Source: Burkholderiaceae bacterium (GTDB taxonomy: Bacteria > Pseudomonadota > Gammaproteobacteria > Burkholderiales > Burkholderiaceae_F). Taken from it: a stretch of 45,790 bases of DNA. Where the stretch lies: NCBI GenBank assembly GCA_036270555.1, contig DATBCI010000046.1:1-45790 (forward strand), read 5' to 3'. How positions within the stretch are numbered: the first letter of the stretch is position 1; each line of letters starts with the position of its first letter. Shown here piece by piece: positions 30,191 through 42,546 of this stretch. A program made the position numbers and the translations under genes. The notes beneath the pieces are model-generated. The model was not told the DNA's origin. It did not search any database and worked only from the letters and a program-made list of their open reading frames with translations.

Positions 30191-31687
30191 TCAGAGCCCT
30201 GCCGGAACCTTCGAGTGGCCGACTTGCTGCAGCAACTGGCCGACGGAAGCGTGCATCGCGTCGGTCAGGGGCTTCGGATAGATCCCCATCGCCAGCACCG
30301 CCGCCGCCAACAGACCCAGCGCCAGCAACTCGCGCGGATCCGCGTCGCTGAGCTTGGCCACTGTCGAGTTGGCGATGGCACCGAAGATCACGCGCTTGTA
30401 CATCCACAGCGAATAAGCCGCCCCCAGCACCAGCGTGATGGCGGCCGCCAGCCCGATCCAGAAGTCGTATTGAACGGCGCCCAGGATCACCATGAACTCG
30501 CCGACGAAACCGCTGGTGGCGGGCAGTCCGCAGTTGGCCATCGTAAACAGCATCATCAGTGCAGCAAAGCGTGGCATCGTGTTGACCACGCCCCCGTAGT
30601 CCGCGATGTTGCGGCTGTGCGCGCGGTCGTACATCACGCCGATGCAGAAGAACATCGCTCCCGACACGAAACCGTGCGAAACCATCTGCGCGATCGCCCC
30701 CTCCACTCCGATCGGGCTGAAGATGAAGAAGCCGAGCGTGACGAACCCCATATGCGCGATCGACGAGTAGGCGACCAGTTTCTTCATGTCGGTCTGCACC
30801 AGCGCGACGAACCCGATGTAGATGACCGCGATCAGGGACAACGCGATCACGAACCCGGCCAGGTGGTGGGCCGCATCCGGTGCGATCGGCAGCGAAAAGC
30901 GCAAAAACCCGTAGGCGCCCAGTTTCAGCATGATCGCGGCCAGCACGACCGAGCCGGCGGTTGGCGCCTCGACGTGCGCGTCGGGCAGCCAGGTGTGGAC
31001 CGGCCACATCGGAACCTTCACCGCGAAAGCCGCGAAAAACGCCAGGAACAGCAGAATCTGCGTGCTCAAGCCGATGGGCAGCCGGTGCCAGGCAAAGATG
31101 TCGAAGCTGCCGTTCGAGCTCTGGTAGAGGTAGACCAGCGACACCAGGAACAGCAGCGAGCCGAGCAGCGTGTACAAAAAGAACTTGATCGCGGCATAGA
31201 CCCGATTGGGGCCTCCCCAGACGCCGATGATGATGTACATCGGAATCAGCGTCGCCTCGAAAAAGACGTAGAACAGCAGTCCGTCGGCCGCGCTGAACAC
31301 CCCGATCAGCAGGCCCGACATGATCAGGAACGCCGCGTAGTACTGGGCCACGCGCTCGCCGATCGCTTTCCAGCCTGCCAGCACCGAGATCACCGTGATA
31401 AAAGCCGTCAGCGGGACGAACCAGATCGACAGGCCGTCGACGCCGAGGTGGTAATAGGCATTCAGCGTGCCGATCCACGCCGTCTTCTCCTCGAACTGCA
31501 GTCCGGCCCGCTCCAGGCCGAACCCGTTCACCACCGGCAGCGTCACCAGCATTCCGATCAGGCTGCCCACCAGGGCGAAGGCGCGCACGACGGCGGCCGA
31601 GCTGTCACGCCCGGCCGCCAGCAGGAACACGCCGAAGACGATCGGAATCCAGATCGCCGCACTGAGCCAGGGGAAGGCTGAGGTCAT
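30191..31687 (-). CDS. nuoM: NADH-quinone oxidoreductase subunit M
   Basis: Antiporter-like subunit, 498 aa, positioned between nuoL and nuoN. Confidence 0.95.
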   Translation of the reverse strand: MTSAFPWLSAAIWIPIVFGVFLLAAGRDSSAAVVRAFALVGSLIGMLVTLPVVNGFGLERAGLQFEEKTAWIGTLNAYYHLGVDGLSIWFVPLTAFITVISVLAGWKAIGERVAQYYAAFLIMSGLLIGVFSAADGLLFYVFFEATLIPMYIIIGVWGGPNRVYAAIKFFLYTLLGSLLFLVSLVYLYQSSNGSFDIFAWHRLPIGLSTQILLFLAFFAAFAVKVPMWPVHTWLPDAHVEAPTAGSVVLAAIMLKLGAYGFLRFSLPIAPDAAHHLAGFVIALSLIAVIYIGFVALVQTDMKKLVAYSSIAHMGFVTLGFFIFSPIGVEGAIAQMVSHGFVSGAMFFCIGVMYDRAHSRNIADYGGVVNTMPRFAALMMLFTMANCGLPATSGFVGEFMVILGAVQYDFWIGLAAAITLVLGAAYSLWMYKRVIFGAIANSTVAKLSDADPRELLALGLLAAAVLAMGIYPKPLTDAMHASVGQLLQQVGHSKVPAGL

Positions 31688-31702
31688 GTGGCCGGCATCC
31701 CC

Positions 31703-33751
31703 TCAATGAGCCGCAGCCACGACATAGGGCCAGGTCAGGAACGCAAACAGCACGATGGCCAGCCCCACCAGCATCGCGAATGCATAGTGGTAGATGTAGC
31801 CGGTCTGCAGACGGCGCACCCGCAGAGCGAACCAGCCCACCAGCCGTGCCGAGCCGTTGACCGCCGTGCCATCGATCAGCGTGACGTCGCCGCCCCGCCA
31901 CAGGATGCGTCCGATCCATCGCGCCCCGGCGCCAAAAACGACTTCGTTGATCCGATCCATGTAGTACTTGTTGTCCAGCAGCGCGTATGCGGCCGGGAAT
32001 CGATGCCTCCAACGTTCCGGAAGATCGGGGCGTTTCAGATACAGGTACCACGCAGCGATCACCCCGCCGACCGCCAGCCACAGCGGCCAACCGGTCCAGC
32101 TGTCCAACGCCATTTCGAGCGGCCCGCGAAACTCCTCCGTGAGCGTGATCACGGCCGGGTGCGCCGCACCATTGACCGCGATCGAACCGGCGAAGAAGTC
32201 GCTGTACAGCATCCGGTCGATCGCCAGGTATCCGACCACCACCGACGGAATCGCGAGGGCAATCAGCGGCAGCGTCACGACCCACGGCGACTCGTGTGGC
32301 GCGTGGGCGTCGTGTCCGTGCGAGCCCGCATCGTGGCCGTGGTGCGACGCTTCGTCACCGAGGCGCGGCTTGCCATGGAAAACCAGGAACAGCATGCGGA
32401 AGGTGTAAAAAGCCGTCACGAAAACTCCCGCCGTCACTGCGAATCGGGCGAACGGCGCTCCCCACAGGCTGCTGTGGTCAACCGCTTCGATGATGGTGTC
32501 CTTCGAGTAGAAGCCGGCGAATCCGGGCGTACCGATCAGGGCCAGCGCGCCGATCAGGAACGTGACGTAGGTGACCGGCATGAAGCGCGCCAGGCCACCC
32601 ATCTTGCGGATGTCCTGCTCGTGATGCATCCCGATGATCACCGAGCCGGCCGCCAGGAACAGCAGCGCCTTGAAAAAGGCGTGCGTCACCAGGTGGAAGA
32701 TCGCCACCGAGTAGGCGGAGGCCCCCAGCGCCACCGCCATGTAGCCGAGTTGCGAGAGCGTCGAATAGGCCACCACGCGCTTGATGTCGTTCTGCACGAT
32801 GCCCAGGACGCCCATGAAAAACGCGGTGATGGCGCCGATCACCAGCACCATCGACAGCGCAGTGTCCGACAGCTCGAACAGCGGCGACATGCGCGCGACC
32901 ATGAAGATGCCGGCAGTCACCATCGTGGCCGCGTGGATCAGGGCCGAGATCGGCGTCGGACCCTCCATCGAATCCGGAAGCCAGACGTGCAGCGGGAACT
33001 GGGCCGACTTGCCCATCGCCCCGATGAACAGGCAAATGCAGATCACGGTCGCCAGCGACCAATCGGTGCCCGGCAACACCTGGCCGGCCAGCGATGGCGT
33101 GGCGCTGAACACCTGGCGGTAGTCGAGCGTTCCGAAATGCGCGAACACCAAGCCGATGCCCAGCACGAACCCGAGGTCGCCGACGCGATTGACGAGAAAC
33201 GCCTTCAGGCTCGCGTAGATCGCGGTGGGACGCTCGAACCAGAATCCGATCAGCAGGTAGGACACCAGGCCGACCCCTTCCCATCCGAAGAACAGCTGCA
33301 GGAAGTTGTTGCTCATCACCAACATCAGCATCGAAAACGTGAAGAGGGAGATGTAGGCGAAGAAGCGCGAATAGCCCGGGTCGTCGGCCATGTAGCCGAT
33401 CGTGTACACGTGCACCGCGAGCGACACGAAGCTGACCACCAGCATCATGGTGGCCGTCAGTGCGTCGATCAGGAACCCGATCGTGAACCGGGTGTTTCCA
33501 ATCTGGGTCCAGGTGTACAGGTCGGCTTCGATCGGCTGCCGAGTCAGCACGACGTGCTGGAACACGAAGCCCGACACCACGGTGGCCACGGCCACGCCCA
33601 GGATCGCGGCGCTGTGTGCGCCCCAACGCCCGATCGGGATTTCACGGCCCGTCCCGCTACGGATCAGCGTGTGCCCGCACAAGCCGGCCAGCACGGCGCC
33701 GGCCAGCGGCGCCAGGGCCACCAACAGACAAAGGTCGATCCACAAGGTCAT
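31703..33751 (-). CDS. nuoL: NADH-quinone oxidoreductase subunit L
   Basis: 682-aa antiporter-like subunit with a C-terminal extension. It contains WEGVGLVSYLLIGFW. Confidence 0.96.
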   Translation of the reverse strand: MTLWIDLCLLVALAPLAGAVLAGLCGHTLIRSGTGREIPIGRWGAHSAAILGVAVATVVSGFVFQHVVLTRQPIEADLYTWTQIGNTRFTIGFLIDALTATMMLVVSFVSLAVHVYTIGYMADDPGYSRFFAYISLFTFSMLMLVMSNNFLQLFFGWEGVGLVSYLLIGFWFERPTAIYASLKAFLVNRVGDLGFVLGIGLVFAHFGTLDYRQVFSATPSLAGQVLPGTDWSLATVICICLFIGAMGKSAQFPLHVWLPDSMEGPTPISALIHAATMVTAGIFMVARMSPLFELSDTALSMVLVIGAITAFFMGVLGIVQNDIKRVVAYSTLSQLGYMAVALGASAYSVAIFHLVTHAFFKALLFLAAGSVIIGMHHEQDIRKMGGLARFMPVTYVTFLIGALALIGTPGFAGFYSKDTIIEAVDHSSLWGAPFARFAVTAGVFVTAFYTFRMLFLVFHGKPRLGDEASHHGHDAGSHGHDAHAPHESPWVVTLPLIALAIPSVVVGYLAIDRMLYSDFFAGSIAVNGAAHPAVITLTEEFRGPLEMALDSWTGWPLWLAVGGVIAAWYLYLKRPDLPERWRHRFPAAYALLDNKYYMDRINEVVFGAGARWIGRILWRGGDVTLIDGTAVNGSARLVGWFALRVRRLQTGYIYHYAFAMLVGLAIVLFAFLTWPYVVAAAH

Positions 33752-33815
33752 TGACAGGTGTCCTGAGGTGTCGGATCGCGGGTGTCGGTTGGGAGATGTC
33801 CGTTCGCCACCGACG

Positions 33816-34121
33816 CTAGCCCTTCAGCGAGTCGAGCTCATCGACGTTGATCGTATGCACGGAGCGGAACAGCGCCACCATGATGGCCAGGCCGATGGCC
33901 GACTCGGCGGCCGCCACCGTCAGAATAAAGAACACGAACACCTGGCCATTCAGGTCGCCCAGGTATCGCGAGAACGCGATGAAGTTCGTGTTGACGGCCA
34001 GCAGCATCAACTCGATTGCCATCAGCAGCACGATCAGGTTCTTCCGGTTCAGGAAGATGCCGATCACGGCGATCGCAAACAGCAGCGCGCCGACCCCCAG
34101 ATACCACGATAACGACACCAT
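33816..34121 (-). CDS. nuoK: NADH-quinone oxidoreductase subunit K
   Basis: 101 aa, three TM helices, [10 protein letters not shown] motif. Confidence 0.95.
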   Translation of the reverse strand: MVSLSWYLGVGALLFAIAVIGIFLNRKNLIVLLMAIELMLLAVNTNFIAFSRYLGDLNGQVFVFFILTVAAAESAIGLAIMVALFRSVHTINVDELDSLKG

Positions 34122-34156
34122 GTTATCGAGCCATTCCCCTATGAATCGCGTCCGGG

Positions 34157-34762
34157 TCAGCGAGCATCGGTCGCCCGCCCCGGCTCAGGCGGCATCCGGA
34201 TGATCCGGAGCCGATCCGATGGCCGCACCGCCACCTGGGAGGCCGGGTTCTGGTGCCTGGCATCCTTGCGCTGGCGCAGCGTCAGCGCGATCGCGGCGAT
34301 GATCGCAACCAGCAGCACGGCGCCGGCCACTTGCAGCGGCAGCAAGTATTCGGTGAACGCCAGCCGTCCGAGCGCGGCCGTGTTGCCGCCCTTGGCGACC
34401 GGCGCCTGGGCCAGGCTCTGCCAGCTGCCGTGCGAAAGCACCAGCCACAGCTGCAGCGCGATCGCGATCGCCACGCCCAGGCCCGCCGGCAGGTGGCTCC
34501 ACCAGCCCTCGCGGGTGCGGTCGATGTTGATGTCCAGCATCATCACCACGAACAGGAACAGCACCATCACGGCGCCGACGTACACCAGGATCAGCACAAT
34601 CGCCAGGAATTCGGCGCGCAGCTGCATCCACAGGCACGCCGCCGAGAAGAATGCGAGCACCAGGAACAGCACCGCGTGCACCGGATTGCGCACGCTGATC
34701 ACGAGCACGCCGGCCGTCAGCGTGCAAAACGCGAAGATCGCAAACAGTACGGCCTGATCCAT
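34157..34762 (-). CDS. nuoJ: NADH-quinone oxidoreductase subunit J
   Basis: [14 protein letters not shown] and [15 protein letters not shown]. The ATG at 34762 (MDQAVLF) is preferred over the GTG at 34777 listed by the ORF track. Confidence 0.92.
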   Translation of the reverse strand: MDQAVLFAIFAFCTLTAGVLVISVRNPVHAVLFLVLAFFSAACLWMQLRAEFLAIVLILVYVGAVMVLFLFVVMMLDINIDRTREGWWSHLPAGLGVAIAIALQLWLVLSHGSWQSLAQAPVAKGGNTAALGRLAFTEYLLPLQVAGAVLLVAIIAAIALTLRQRKDARHQNPASQVAVRPSDRLRIIRMPPEPGRATDAR

Positions 34763-34852
34763 CACTCCCCCTCGCACCTTTTCACCGCGCCCTGCCAGGC
34801 GCGCCGGCTGCGGCGCTGCTTCTCGGTGACGCGCGAAGCTGCGCCTGCGCCG

Positions 34853-35356
34853 TCAACGATAAGACGCATCGGCGGTGCGTGCCGTTGCGATCTCCTTCTC
34901 ATAGCGGTCGCCGATCGCCAGCAACATTTCCTTCGTGTAAACGAGATCGCCCCGCCGCTCCCCGTGGTATTCGAGGATGTGCGTTTCCACGATCGAGTCG
35001 ACCGGGCAGCTCTCTTCGCAGAATCCGCAGAAGATGCATTTGGTCAGATCGATGTCGTAACGCGTGGTCCGGCGCGTGCCGTCGGCCCGCTGTTCCGATT
35101 CGATCGTGATCGCCAAGGCCGGACACACCGCCTCGCACAGCTTGCAGGCGATGCACCGCTCCTCGCCGTTCTCGTAGCGGCGCAAGGCATGCAGTCCGCG
35201 AAAGCGCGGCGAGGCCGGAGTCTTCTCCTCCGGATACTGGATCGTGATCTTGCGGGAAAACAGGTACTTGCCGGTGAGCGCCATCCCCTTGAACAGCTCG
35301 CGCAGCATCAGCGAGTCGAAAAAATCGCCAACCGCCTGAACCGCACCCTTGCTCAT
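34853..35356 (-). CDS. nuoI: NADH-quinone oxidoreductase subunit I
   Basis: Two 4Fe-4S ferredoxin motifs, [12 protein letters not shown] and [12 protein letters not shown]. The ATG overlaps the nuoH TGA (ATGA 35353-35356). The 446-aa ORF was trimmed. Confidence 0.95.
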   Translation of the reverse strand: MSKGAVQAVGDFFDSLMLRELFKGMALTGKYLFSRKITIQYPEEKTPASPRFRGLHALRRYENGEERCIACKLCEAVCPALAITIESEQRADGTRRTTRYDIDLTKCIFCGFCEESCPVDSIVETHILEYHGERRGDLVYTKEMLLAIGDRYEKEIATARTADASYR

Positions 35357-36510
35357 GATGCAACCCCCGTAGACGAAGACGCCGGCGCCTCGGGATGCGA
35401 TGCCGACCGCCATGGACTCCACGGCGTCTGCATCACGACCGCCAGCACAACCAGCCAGGCCAGCGTGATCGGGATGAACACCTTCCAGCCGAGCCGCATG
35501 ATCTGATCGTAGCGATAGCGCGGAAACGAGGCGCGGATCCAGATGTACATCGAGGCGCCGCCAAAAATCTTGGCAAACAGCCACACCCACGGACCCACGC
35601 CATTGCTCCAGGTCCTGACCCACCAATCGGGAACGGCGATGCCCCAGCGGGCGATGTCGATCGGCGCCGACCAGCCGCCCAGGAACATCATCGCGGCCAT
35701 CGTCGACAGCAGGATCATATTGGCGTACTCGCCCAGGAAGAATATCGCGAAGCCCATGCCGGAGTATTCGACCATGTGGCCCGCGACGATCTCCGATTCG
35801 CCCTCCACCACGTCGAACGGATGGCGGTTGGTTTCCGCGACGGCCGAGATCACGTAGACGCCGAACAGTGGAAGCAGCAGCAGCCAATTCCAGGACAGGA
35901 AGGTCAGGCCGTGATCGGCAAACCAGCCGCGCGTCTGCAGATTGACGATCGTGCTGAGGTTCAGGGATCCGGACACCATCAGCACACCGACCAGCACGAA
36001 GCCCATCGCCAGCTCGTACGACACCATCTGTGCCGATGCGCGCAGCGCGCCGAGAAAGGCGTACTTCGAGTTGGAAGCCCAGCCGGCGACGATCACTCCG
36101 TACACGCCAAGCGATGTCACCGCCATCACGTACAGCAGGCCCGCGTTGATGTCGGCCAGCACGACGCCGGGCGCGAACGGAATCACCGCCCACGCCGCCA
36201 GCGCCGGCATCATCACCAGCACCGGGGCCAGCAGGTACAGCGCCCGGTCGGCCTGGGTGGGAACGATGACTTCCTTGAATATCAGCTTGACCGCGTCGGC
36301 GATCGGCTGCAGCAATCCGAACGGGCCAACGCGGTTAGGTCCGCGCCGGATATGCATCCAGCCGATCAGCTTGCGCTCCCAGTACGTCAGGTAGGCAACG
36401 CACAGCAGAACCGGCACGGTGATCGCGATGATCTTTGCCAGGGCGATCAGGATCGCGATCAGGTCGGGCCAGAGCAACTCGAACAGCGTCGCCTCGGCCG
36501 GCGCGTTCAT
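35353..36510 (-). CDS. nuoH: NADH-quinone oxidoreductase subunit H
   Basis: [34 protein letters not shown] signature. The ATG overlaps the nuoG TGA (ATGA 36507-36510). Confidence 0.96.
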   Translation of the reverse strand: MNAPAEATLFELLWPDLIAILIALAKIIAITVPVLLCVAYLTYWERKLIGWMHIRRGPNRVGPFGLLQPIADAVKLIFKEVIVPTQADRALYLLAPVLVMMPALAAWAVIPFAPGVVLADINAGLLYVMAVTSLGVYGVIVAGWASNSKYAFLGALRASAQMVSYELAMGFVLVGVLMVSGSLNLSTIVNLQTRGWFADHGLTFLSWNWLLLLPLFGVYVISAVAETNRHPFDVVEGESEIVAGHMVEYSGMGFAIFFLGEYANMILLSTMAAMMFLGGWSAPIDIARWGIAVPDWWVRTWSNGVGPWVWLFAKIFGGASMYIWIRASFPRYRYDQIMRLGWKVFIPITLAWLVVLAVVMQTPWSPWRSASHPEAPASSSTGVAS

Positions 36511-38840
36511 CCGGCGCGCTCCAGTCGAACGGCCCCGAACATCGGCCCCAACCCGCTGGTGGTTGTGTGTCCGGCCGCAACCCGCACCACGCCATCCGGC
36601 AAGCCCGCATCAACGCCGCAGTCGAGCAGAGCGGCGGCCTGCCCCTGGCGCACCCACACCCGGTCGCCGCGCGCCACCCCGAAGCGCTTCAAGGTCGCTT
36701 CGTTCGCCACCGCCCGCGGCGGCCGGGCGTCGGCCGTCTTCTGCAGCGAAGTCGCGCGCCGCACCAGGGCGTCGCTCCAGTAGATCGGCACATCCGTGAT
36801 GCGCTCGGCGTCCGAGCCCTGCGGCGCCTGCGCCGGGGCCGGCAGCACGGGATCGACGTTCTGCTGATTGGACAGCCAAGCCGGCACAACGGCCGGCAGC
36901 GCCGAGTCGCGCACCTGTTCGGGCGCCTCGAAGCCGAATTCCGACAACCCGAGCAGGTTTCCGAGCACGCGCAGCACCTTCCACCCCGGCCTGGCGTCAC
37001 CGTGGGGGTGGGTGGTTGCGTTAAAGCTCTGAACCCGCCCCTCGGTGTTCACGAAGGTTCCGGCGGTCTCGGTAAATGGCGTGATCGGCAGCAACGCGTG
37101 CGCGTATTCCATCGCTGCATTGCGGAAGGCACTGAACGAAATCACGCATTCGGCCGAGGCGATCGCTTTGGCGGCCAGCGCCGGATCGCCCATGTCGTAT
37201 TCGGGCTCGCAGTTCCACAGCATCAGCACCGGCCGGGGCTGCTCGAGCATCGTGCGGGCATTCAGTCCACCGCGCAACGGCCGCGCTCCTGCCAGGTAGC
37301 CGCCCACGCTGTTGGCGCTTTCTCCCAACACGCCCAACGGTGCTCCGATCGCGTCGGCCACCCATTGGGCCCAGGCACTGATGGCGGCAGCCTGGGGGTG
37401 CTGGGTTGCGGCGTTGCCTAGCAGGATGGCCGGATGCGCCCCTGAGCACAGGCTGTCGGCGATATGGCGCGCGGTCTCGCCCGGCCTCACATCGGCCGGT
37501 GCAGGCCGGCCCTTGATCTGGGCAACCGCCGCGGCGATCTCGGCCAGCTGCATCACCCAGTTCGAGGGTGCGCTGATCGCGCGGTGAGCCACGTTCATCA
37601 GCGGATCGTCGTCCGTCGCATGCAGGACGCTCAACTGACAGCCGTGTGCGACGGCGTCACGCAGGCGCACCGCCATCAACGGATGATCCTTGCGCAGGAA
37701 CGAGCCAATCAGCAGAACGCGGTCCAGCCGATTGAGCGCAGCCACCGGCATACCAAGCCAGGGCGCGCCACTGCGCACCGCGTCGGCCGAAAAGTCCGTC
37801 TGGCGCAGACGAAAATCGATGTGGTCGGAACCCAGCCCGCGCGTGAGCTGCGCCAGCAGAGACATCTCCTCGAGCGTGGCGGTCGGAGAAACCAGCGTTC
37901 CGACCGAACCACCCCCCGCTCGCGAGCGCGTTTCGTTCAACGTCGAGGCGACGAAGTTCAGCGCCTCCTCCCACTCGACCTCGCGCCAGGTTCCAGACTG
38001 GCGCAACATCGGTTGCGTCAGCCGATCAGCGGCGTACAAACCTTCGTACGAGAAGCGGTCGCGGTCCGACAGCCAGCATTCGTTGATCTCTTCGTTTTCC
38101 AGCGGCACGACCCGCATCACCTGATGCCCCTTGACCTGGACGATCAGGTTCGAGCCGAGCGAATCGTGAGGACTGATCGACTTGCGCCGTCCGAGCTCCC
38201 AGGTGCGGGCCGCGTACCGGAACGGTTTGCTGGTGAGCGCGCCGACCGGGCAGATGTCGATCATGTTGCCCGACACCTCCGAGTCGATGCTGTGACCCAG
38301 GAACGACAGGATTTCGGAGTGCTCTCCGCGTCCGGCCATCCCCAATTCCATCACGCCGCCGACCTGACGGCCGAAGCGGACGCAGCGGGTGCAGTGAATG
38401 CAGCGGGCCATCTCCTCGGCCGCAACCAGGGGACCGATCTCCTTGTGGAACACCACCCGCTTGGGTTCCGTGTAGCGCGACGCCGAGGGGCCGTAACCGA
38501 CCGCCAGGTCCTGCAACTGGCATTCACCGCCCTGATCGCAGATCGGGCAATCGAGCGGATGGTTGATCAGCAGGAACTCCATCACGCTGCGTTGCGCTTC
38601 CTTGGTGCGCTCGCTCGTCGTGTGCACCGCCATGCCGGGCGCCACCAGCGTGGCACACGCCGGCATCGGCTTGGGCGCCTTCTCGATCTCCACCAGGCAC
38701 ATCCTGCAGTTGGCCGCGAGCGACAGCTTCTTGTGGTAACAGAAGTGCGGAATCGAGATGCCAAGCCGGTTGGCCGCCTCCAACACGATGGTGCCCTCGG
38801 GCACCGAGACTTTCCTGCCGTCGATCGTCAGCTCAATCAT
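36507..38840 (-). CDS. nuoG: NADH-quinone oxidoreductase subunit G
   Basis: N-terminal 2Fe-2S ([15 protein letters not shown]) and 4Fe-4S motifs ([20 protein letters not shown]). 777 aa. Confidence 0.97.
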   Translation of the reverse strand: MIELTIDGRKVSVPEGTIVLEAANRLGISIPHFCYHKKLSLAANCRMCLVEIEKAPKPMPACATLVAPGMAVHTTSERTKEAQRSVMEFLLINHPLDCPICDQGGECQLQDLAVGYGPSASRYTEPKRVVFHKEIGPLVAAEEMARCIHCTRCVRFGRQVGGVMELGMAGRGEHSEILSFLGHSIDSEVSGNMIDICPVGALTSKPFRYAARTWELGRRKSISPHDSLGSNLIVQVKGHQVMRVVPLENEEINECWLSDRDRFSYEGLYAADRLTQPMLRQSGTWREVEWEEALNFVASTLNETRSRAGGGSVGTLVSPTATLEEMSLLAQLTRGLGSDHIDFRLRQTDFSADAVRSGAPWLGMPVAALNRLDRVLLIGSFLRKDHPLMAVRLRDAVAHGCQLSVLHATDDDPLMNVAHRAISAPSNWVMQLAEIAAAVAQIKGRPAPADVRPGETARHIADSLCSGAHPAILLGNAATQHPQAAAISAWAQWVADAIGAPLGVLGESANSVGGYLAGARPLRGGLNARTMLEQPRPVLMLWNCEPEYDMGDPALAAKAIASAECVISFSAFRNAAMEYAHALLPITPFTETAGTFVNTEGRVQSFNATTHPHGDARPGWKVLRVLGNLLGLSEFGFEAPEQVRDSALPAVVPAWLSNQQNVDPVLPAPAQAPQGSDAERITDVPIYWSDALVRRATSLQKTADARPPRAVANEATLKRFGVARGDRVWVRQGQAAALLDCGVDAGLPDGVVRVAAGHTTTSGLGPMFGAVRLERAG

Positions 38841-38858
38841 GGCGCGGCGTTTCCACGC

Positions 38859-40163
38859 TTATACATAGTCGGGCACCAGGCAGTGCTGATGGTGGATGTG
38901 ATGCTCGAACTCCCCGCGGAACTGCTTCAGGAACGACCGCACGGGCAACGCCGCCGCGTCTCCGAATGCACAGATCGTGCGGCCGATGATGTTGCCGGCG
39001 ACCGAATCGAGCAGACCCAGGTCGTCCATCCGGCCTTCACCGTGCTCGATCCGGTGTACCACGCGGTACAACCAACCGGCGCCCTCGCGGCAAGGTGTGC
39101 ACTGGCCGCAGGATTCCTCGAAATAGAAATACGACAGGCGCTCCAGGCACCGCACCATGCAGCGAGTGTCGTCCATCACGATGACCCCGCCGGAACCGAG
39201 CATCGAGCCCGCCTTGGCGATCGAGTCGTAATCCATGTCGGTCGCCATCATCACCTCGCCCGGCAGCACTGGCATCGAGGAGCCGCCCGGAATCACCGCC
39301 TTCAGGCGCCGGCCGCCACGCATGCCGCCCGCCAGCTCCAGCAGCCTGGCGAACGGCGTGCCGAGCGGGACCTCGTAGTTCCCGGGTGAGGTCACATCGC
39401 CCGAAACCGAGAATATCTTGGTGCCGCCGTTGTTCGGGCGGCCCAGCGCCAGGAAGGCGTCGCCGCCATTGCGCATGATCCACGGGACCGTCGCAAAGGT
39501 CTCCGTGTTGTTGATCGTGGTGGGCTTGCCGTACAGCCCGTAGCCGGCCGGAAACGGCGGCTTGAAGCGCGGCAGTCCCTTTTTGCCCTCGATCGATTCC
39601 AGCAGCGCGGTTTCCTCGCCACAGATGTAGGCGCCGAAGCCATGCGTGGTGTACAGCTCGAACGAGAAATCGCTCCCCAGGATGTTGCGGCCCAGGTAGC
39701 CTGCCGCATGCGCCTCGTCCAGGGCCGCCTGGAAGCGCTCGTACTCCGGCCAGATCTCGCCGTGGATGTAGTTGTACCCTGCGGTCGATCCGCTCGCATA
39801 CGCGGCGATCACCATGCCCTCGATGACCGAGTGCGGGTTGTAGCGAAGGATGTCGCGGTCCTTGAAAGTCCCCGGCTCACCCTCGTCCGAGTTGCACACC
39901 AGGTACTTGGGCCCCGGGTGCTGCTTGGGCATGAAGCTCCACTTCAAGCCGGTCGGAAATCCGGCGCCGCCGCGCCCGCGCAGGGCCGACTTTTTCACCT
40001 CGGCGATCACCTGGTCCGGGGTCATCTTGTCCGCCAGCATCTTGCGCAAGGCCACGTAGCCATCGCGCTTCTGGTAGTCGGCCAGACGCCAGTTTTCGCC
40101 GGTCAGCCCTTCCAGGACGATCGGTTTGATGTGCCGCCCGTGAAAGCAGGTCTGGGCTGTCAT
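38859..40163 (-). CDS. nuoF: NADH-quinone oxidoreductase subunit F
   Basis: [13 protein letters not shown] (FMN/NADH site) and [12 protein letters not shown] (4Fe-4S). Confidence 0.97.
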   Translation of the reverse strand: MTAQTCFHGRHIKPIVLEGLTGENWRLADYQKRDGYVALRKMLADKMTPDQVIAEVKKSALRGRGGAGFPTGLKWSFMPKQHPGPKYLVCNSDEGEPGTFKDRDILRYNPHSVIEGMVIAAYASGSTAGYNYIHGEIWPEYERFQAALDEAHAAGYLGRNILGSDFSFELYTTHGFGAYICGEETALLESIEGKKGLPRFKPPFPAGYGLYGKPTTINNTETFATVPWIMRNGGDAFLALGRPNNGGTKIFSVSGDVTSPGNYEVPLGTPFARLLELAGGMRGGRRLKAVIPGGSSMPVLPGEVMMATDMDYDSIAKAGSMLGSGGVIVMDDTRCMVRCLERLSYFYFEESCGQCTPCREGAGWLYRVVHRIEHGEGRMDDLGLLDSVAGNIIGRTICAFGDAAALPVRSFLKQFRGEFEHHIHHQHCLVPDYV

Positions 40164-40669
40164 CCGCCCCTCCGGAGCTCATCGAGGAGCTGATCGAGCC
40201 GTTCATCGCTCAGGAAACTGCACATACGCTTGTTGTTGACCAGCAGCACCGGCGCGTCGCCGCAGGCGCCGAAGCATTCGCCCTCCTTCAGGGTGAACAT
40301 GCGGTCCGAACTGGTTCCTCCAAAATCCACCCCCAGTTTCGCTTTCAGGTGCGCCGCCGCCCGGGTTGCGCCCGACAGGGCACAAGGAAGGTTGGTGCAC
40401 AGCGTCAGCTTGAAGCGCCCGGCCGGTTGCAGGTCGAACATCGAATAGAAGGTCGCCACCTCGTAGGCGGCGATCGCAGGCATGCCCAGGTAGGACGCCA
40501 CCGCCTCGATCGCCCAGCTGGGCAGCCACCCGACCTCGTCCTGCGCGATCGCCAGTGCGGACACGATGGCAGAACGTTTCTGCTGCGCCGGATACTTGGC
40601 GACCTCGCGGTCGATCCGGCGGCAAGCCTCGGCCGACAGCGCCTCCGGGCTTGCAGGCAGCGCGCTCAT
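40160..40669 (-). CDS. nuoE: NADH-quinone oxidoreductase subunit E
   Basis: 2Fe-2S ligands in CTNLPC...[14 protein letters not shown] overlaps occur at both ends (40160-40163 and 40666-40669). The 309-aa ORF was trimmed to MSALPAS. Confidence 0.94.
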   Translation of the reverse strand: MSALPASPEALSAEACRRIDREVAKYPAQQKRSAIVSALAIAQDEVGWLPSWAIEAVASYLGMPAIAAYEVATFYSMFDLQPAGRFKLTLCTNLPCALSGATRAAAHLKAKLGVDFGGTSSDRMFTLKEGECFGACGDAPVLLVNNKRMCSFLSDERLDQLLDELRRGG

Positions 40670-41919
40670 CGATCGATTTCCCCGAACACGATGTCCTGCG
40701 TGCCGATCACGGTGACGCAATCGGCCAGCATGTGGCCGCGCGTCATTTCGTCGAGCGCCTGCAAGTGGGCAAATCCTGGCGCCCGGATCTTGAGCCGATA
40801 CGGCTTGTTGGCGCCGTCCGATACGAGGAAGATGCCGAACTCGCCTTTCGGGTGCTCGATCGCGGCGTACACGTCGCCCGGGGGTACGTGAATCCCCTCG
40901 GTGAACAGCTTGAAATGGTGGATCAGCTCTTCCATGTTCGACTTCATGTCGACGCGCGAGGGCGGAGCCACTTTGTGGTCGGTCGACATCACCGGGCCCG
41001 GATTCCTGCGAAGCCAGTCGACGCACTGCCGGATGATGCGGTTGCTCTGGCGCATTTCCTCCATCCGCACCAGGTAGCGGTCGTAGCAATCCCCGTTGCG
41101 GCCGACCGGGATGTCGAAATCCATCCGGTCATAAACCTCGTAGGGTTGCTTCTTGCGCAGATCCCATTCGATTCCCGAGCCGCGCAGCATCGCCCCGGTG
41201 AATCCGAGCGCCAGAGCGCGCTCGGGCGGCACCACGCCAATACCGACCAGCCGCTGTTTCCAGATGCGGTTGTCGGTCAGCAGCGTCTCGTATTCATCCA
41301 CGTAGGTCGGAAAGCGCTTTGTGAAGTCGTCGATGAAATCCAGCAAGGACCCCTGCCGATTGGCGTTCAGGCGTTCGACGTCCTGCGCGCTCCGATGTGG
41401 CGATGGCGCATGACGCGGCATCGAGTCGGGCAGATCACGATAGACACCGCCTGGCCGGTAGTAGGCGGCATGCATGCGGGCGCCGGAGGCGGCCTCGTAC
41501 ATATCGAACAGGTCCTCGCGCTCCCGGAACGCGTACAGGAAGATCGCCATCGCGCCGACGTCAAGTCCGTGCGCCCCGATCCACAGCAGGTGATTGAGCA
41601 GGCGCGTGATCTCGTCGAACATCACCCGGATGTATCGGGCGCGCTCCGGCACCTCGATGCCAAGCAGCTTCTCGATCGCCATCACGTAGGCGTGCTCGTT
41701 GGCCATCATCGAGACGTAGTCGAGCCGATCCATGTACGGCACCGACTGGATGTAGGTGCGCGTCTCGGCCAGCTTCTCGGTCGCCCGATGCAACAGTCCG
41801 ATGTGGGGATCGGCGCGCTCGATCACTTCGCCGTCGAGCTCAAGCACCAGCCGCAGCACGCCGTGCGCCGCCGGGTGCTGCGGGCCGAAATTCAGCGTGT
41901 AATTTCGGATATCGGCCAT
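40666..41919 (-). CDS. nuoD: NADH-quinone oxidoreductase subunit D
   Basis: [15 protein letters not shown], and a C-terminus ending DIVFGEIDR. 417 aa. Confidence 0.97.
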   Translation of the reverse strand: MADIRNYTLNFGPQHPAAHGVLRLVLELDGEVIERADPHIGLLHRATEKLAETRTYIQSVPYMDRLDYVSMMANEHAYVMAIEKLLGIEVPERARYIRVMFDEITRLLNHLLWIGAHGLDVGAMAIFLYAFREREDLFDMYEAASGARMHAAYYRPGGVYRDLPDSMPRHAPSPHRSAQDVERLNANRQGSLLDFIDDFTKRFPTYVDEYETLLTDNRIWKQRLVGIGVVPPERALALGFTGAMLRGSGIEWDLRKKQPYEVYDRMDFDIPVGRNGDCYDRYLVRMEEMRQSNRIIRQCVDWLRRNPGPVMSTDHKVAPPSRVDMKSNMEELIHHFKLFTEGIHVPPGDVYAAIEHPKGEFGIFLVSDGANKPYRLKIRAPGFAHLQALDEMTRGHMLADCVTVIGTQDIVFGEIDR

Positions 41920-41925
41920 GCCGGG

Positions 41926-42516
41926 TCAGGGCTTCGCGTAACTGTCTTCGCGGATCACGCGCGGTGTCACTTCGCGCGGCTCGATCGTGACCGGTTGATA
42001 GATCACGCGCTTCTGCTCGGGGTCGTACCGCATCTCGACGTGACCGGATACCGGAAAGTCCTTGCGGAACGGATGCCCGACGAAGCCATAGTCGGTCAAT
42101 ATCCGCCGCAGGTCCGGGTGCCCCTCGAACACGATCCCATACAGGTCGAAGGCCTCCCGCTCGTACCAGCCGGCGGCCGGCCAAACGGTCGTCAAGGTCG
42201 CTATCACCGGAAACTCATCGTCAGCGCAGAAGCTGCGCAGGCGCAGCCGCCAGTTGTTCGAGATGGACAGCAAATGCACGACCGATGCAAAGCGCCGCCC
42301 CTCCCAGGGCCGATCGCCATAGGTCTGGTAGTCGACCCCGCACAGGTCGATCATCTGCTCGAATCCCAGCGCGGGATCGTCACGCAGGGTTTGTGCGACC
42401 TGCGCGTAGTGCGTGGGCGGCACCGTCAGCGTCAGCTCGCCATAGGCCGCGCGCAGATCGGCGGCCGCTTCACCCAAGCGAGCACCCAGGCGTTCCGAGA
42501 GAACTTCGATTCCCAT
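41926..42516 (-). CDS. nuoC: NADH-quinone oxidoreductase subunit C
   Basis: [29 protein letters not shown] signature. It is a separate gene from nuoD, not fused. Confidence 0.95.
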   Translation of the reverse strand: MGIEVLSERLGARLGEAAADLRAAYGELTLTVPPTHYAQVAQTLRDDPALGFEQMIDLCGVDYQTYGDRPWEGRRFASVVHLLSISNNWRLRLRSFCADDEFPVIATLTTVWPAAGWYEREAFDLYGIVFEGHPDLRRILTDYGFVGHPFRKDFPVSGHVEMRYDPEQKRVIYQPVTIEPREVTPRVIREDSYAKP

Positions 42517-42546
42517 TGAGGTCCGTTGGGTCGACGACCGCGCGCT

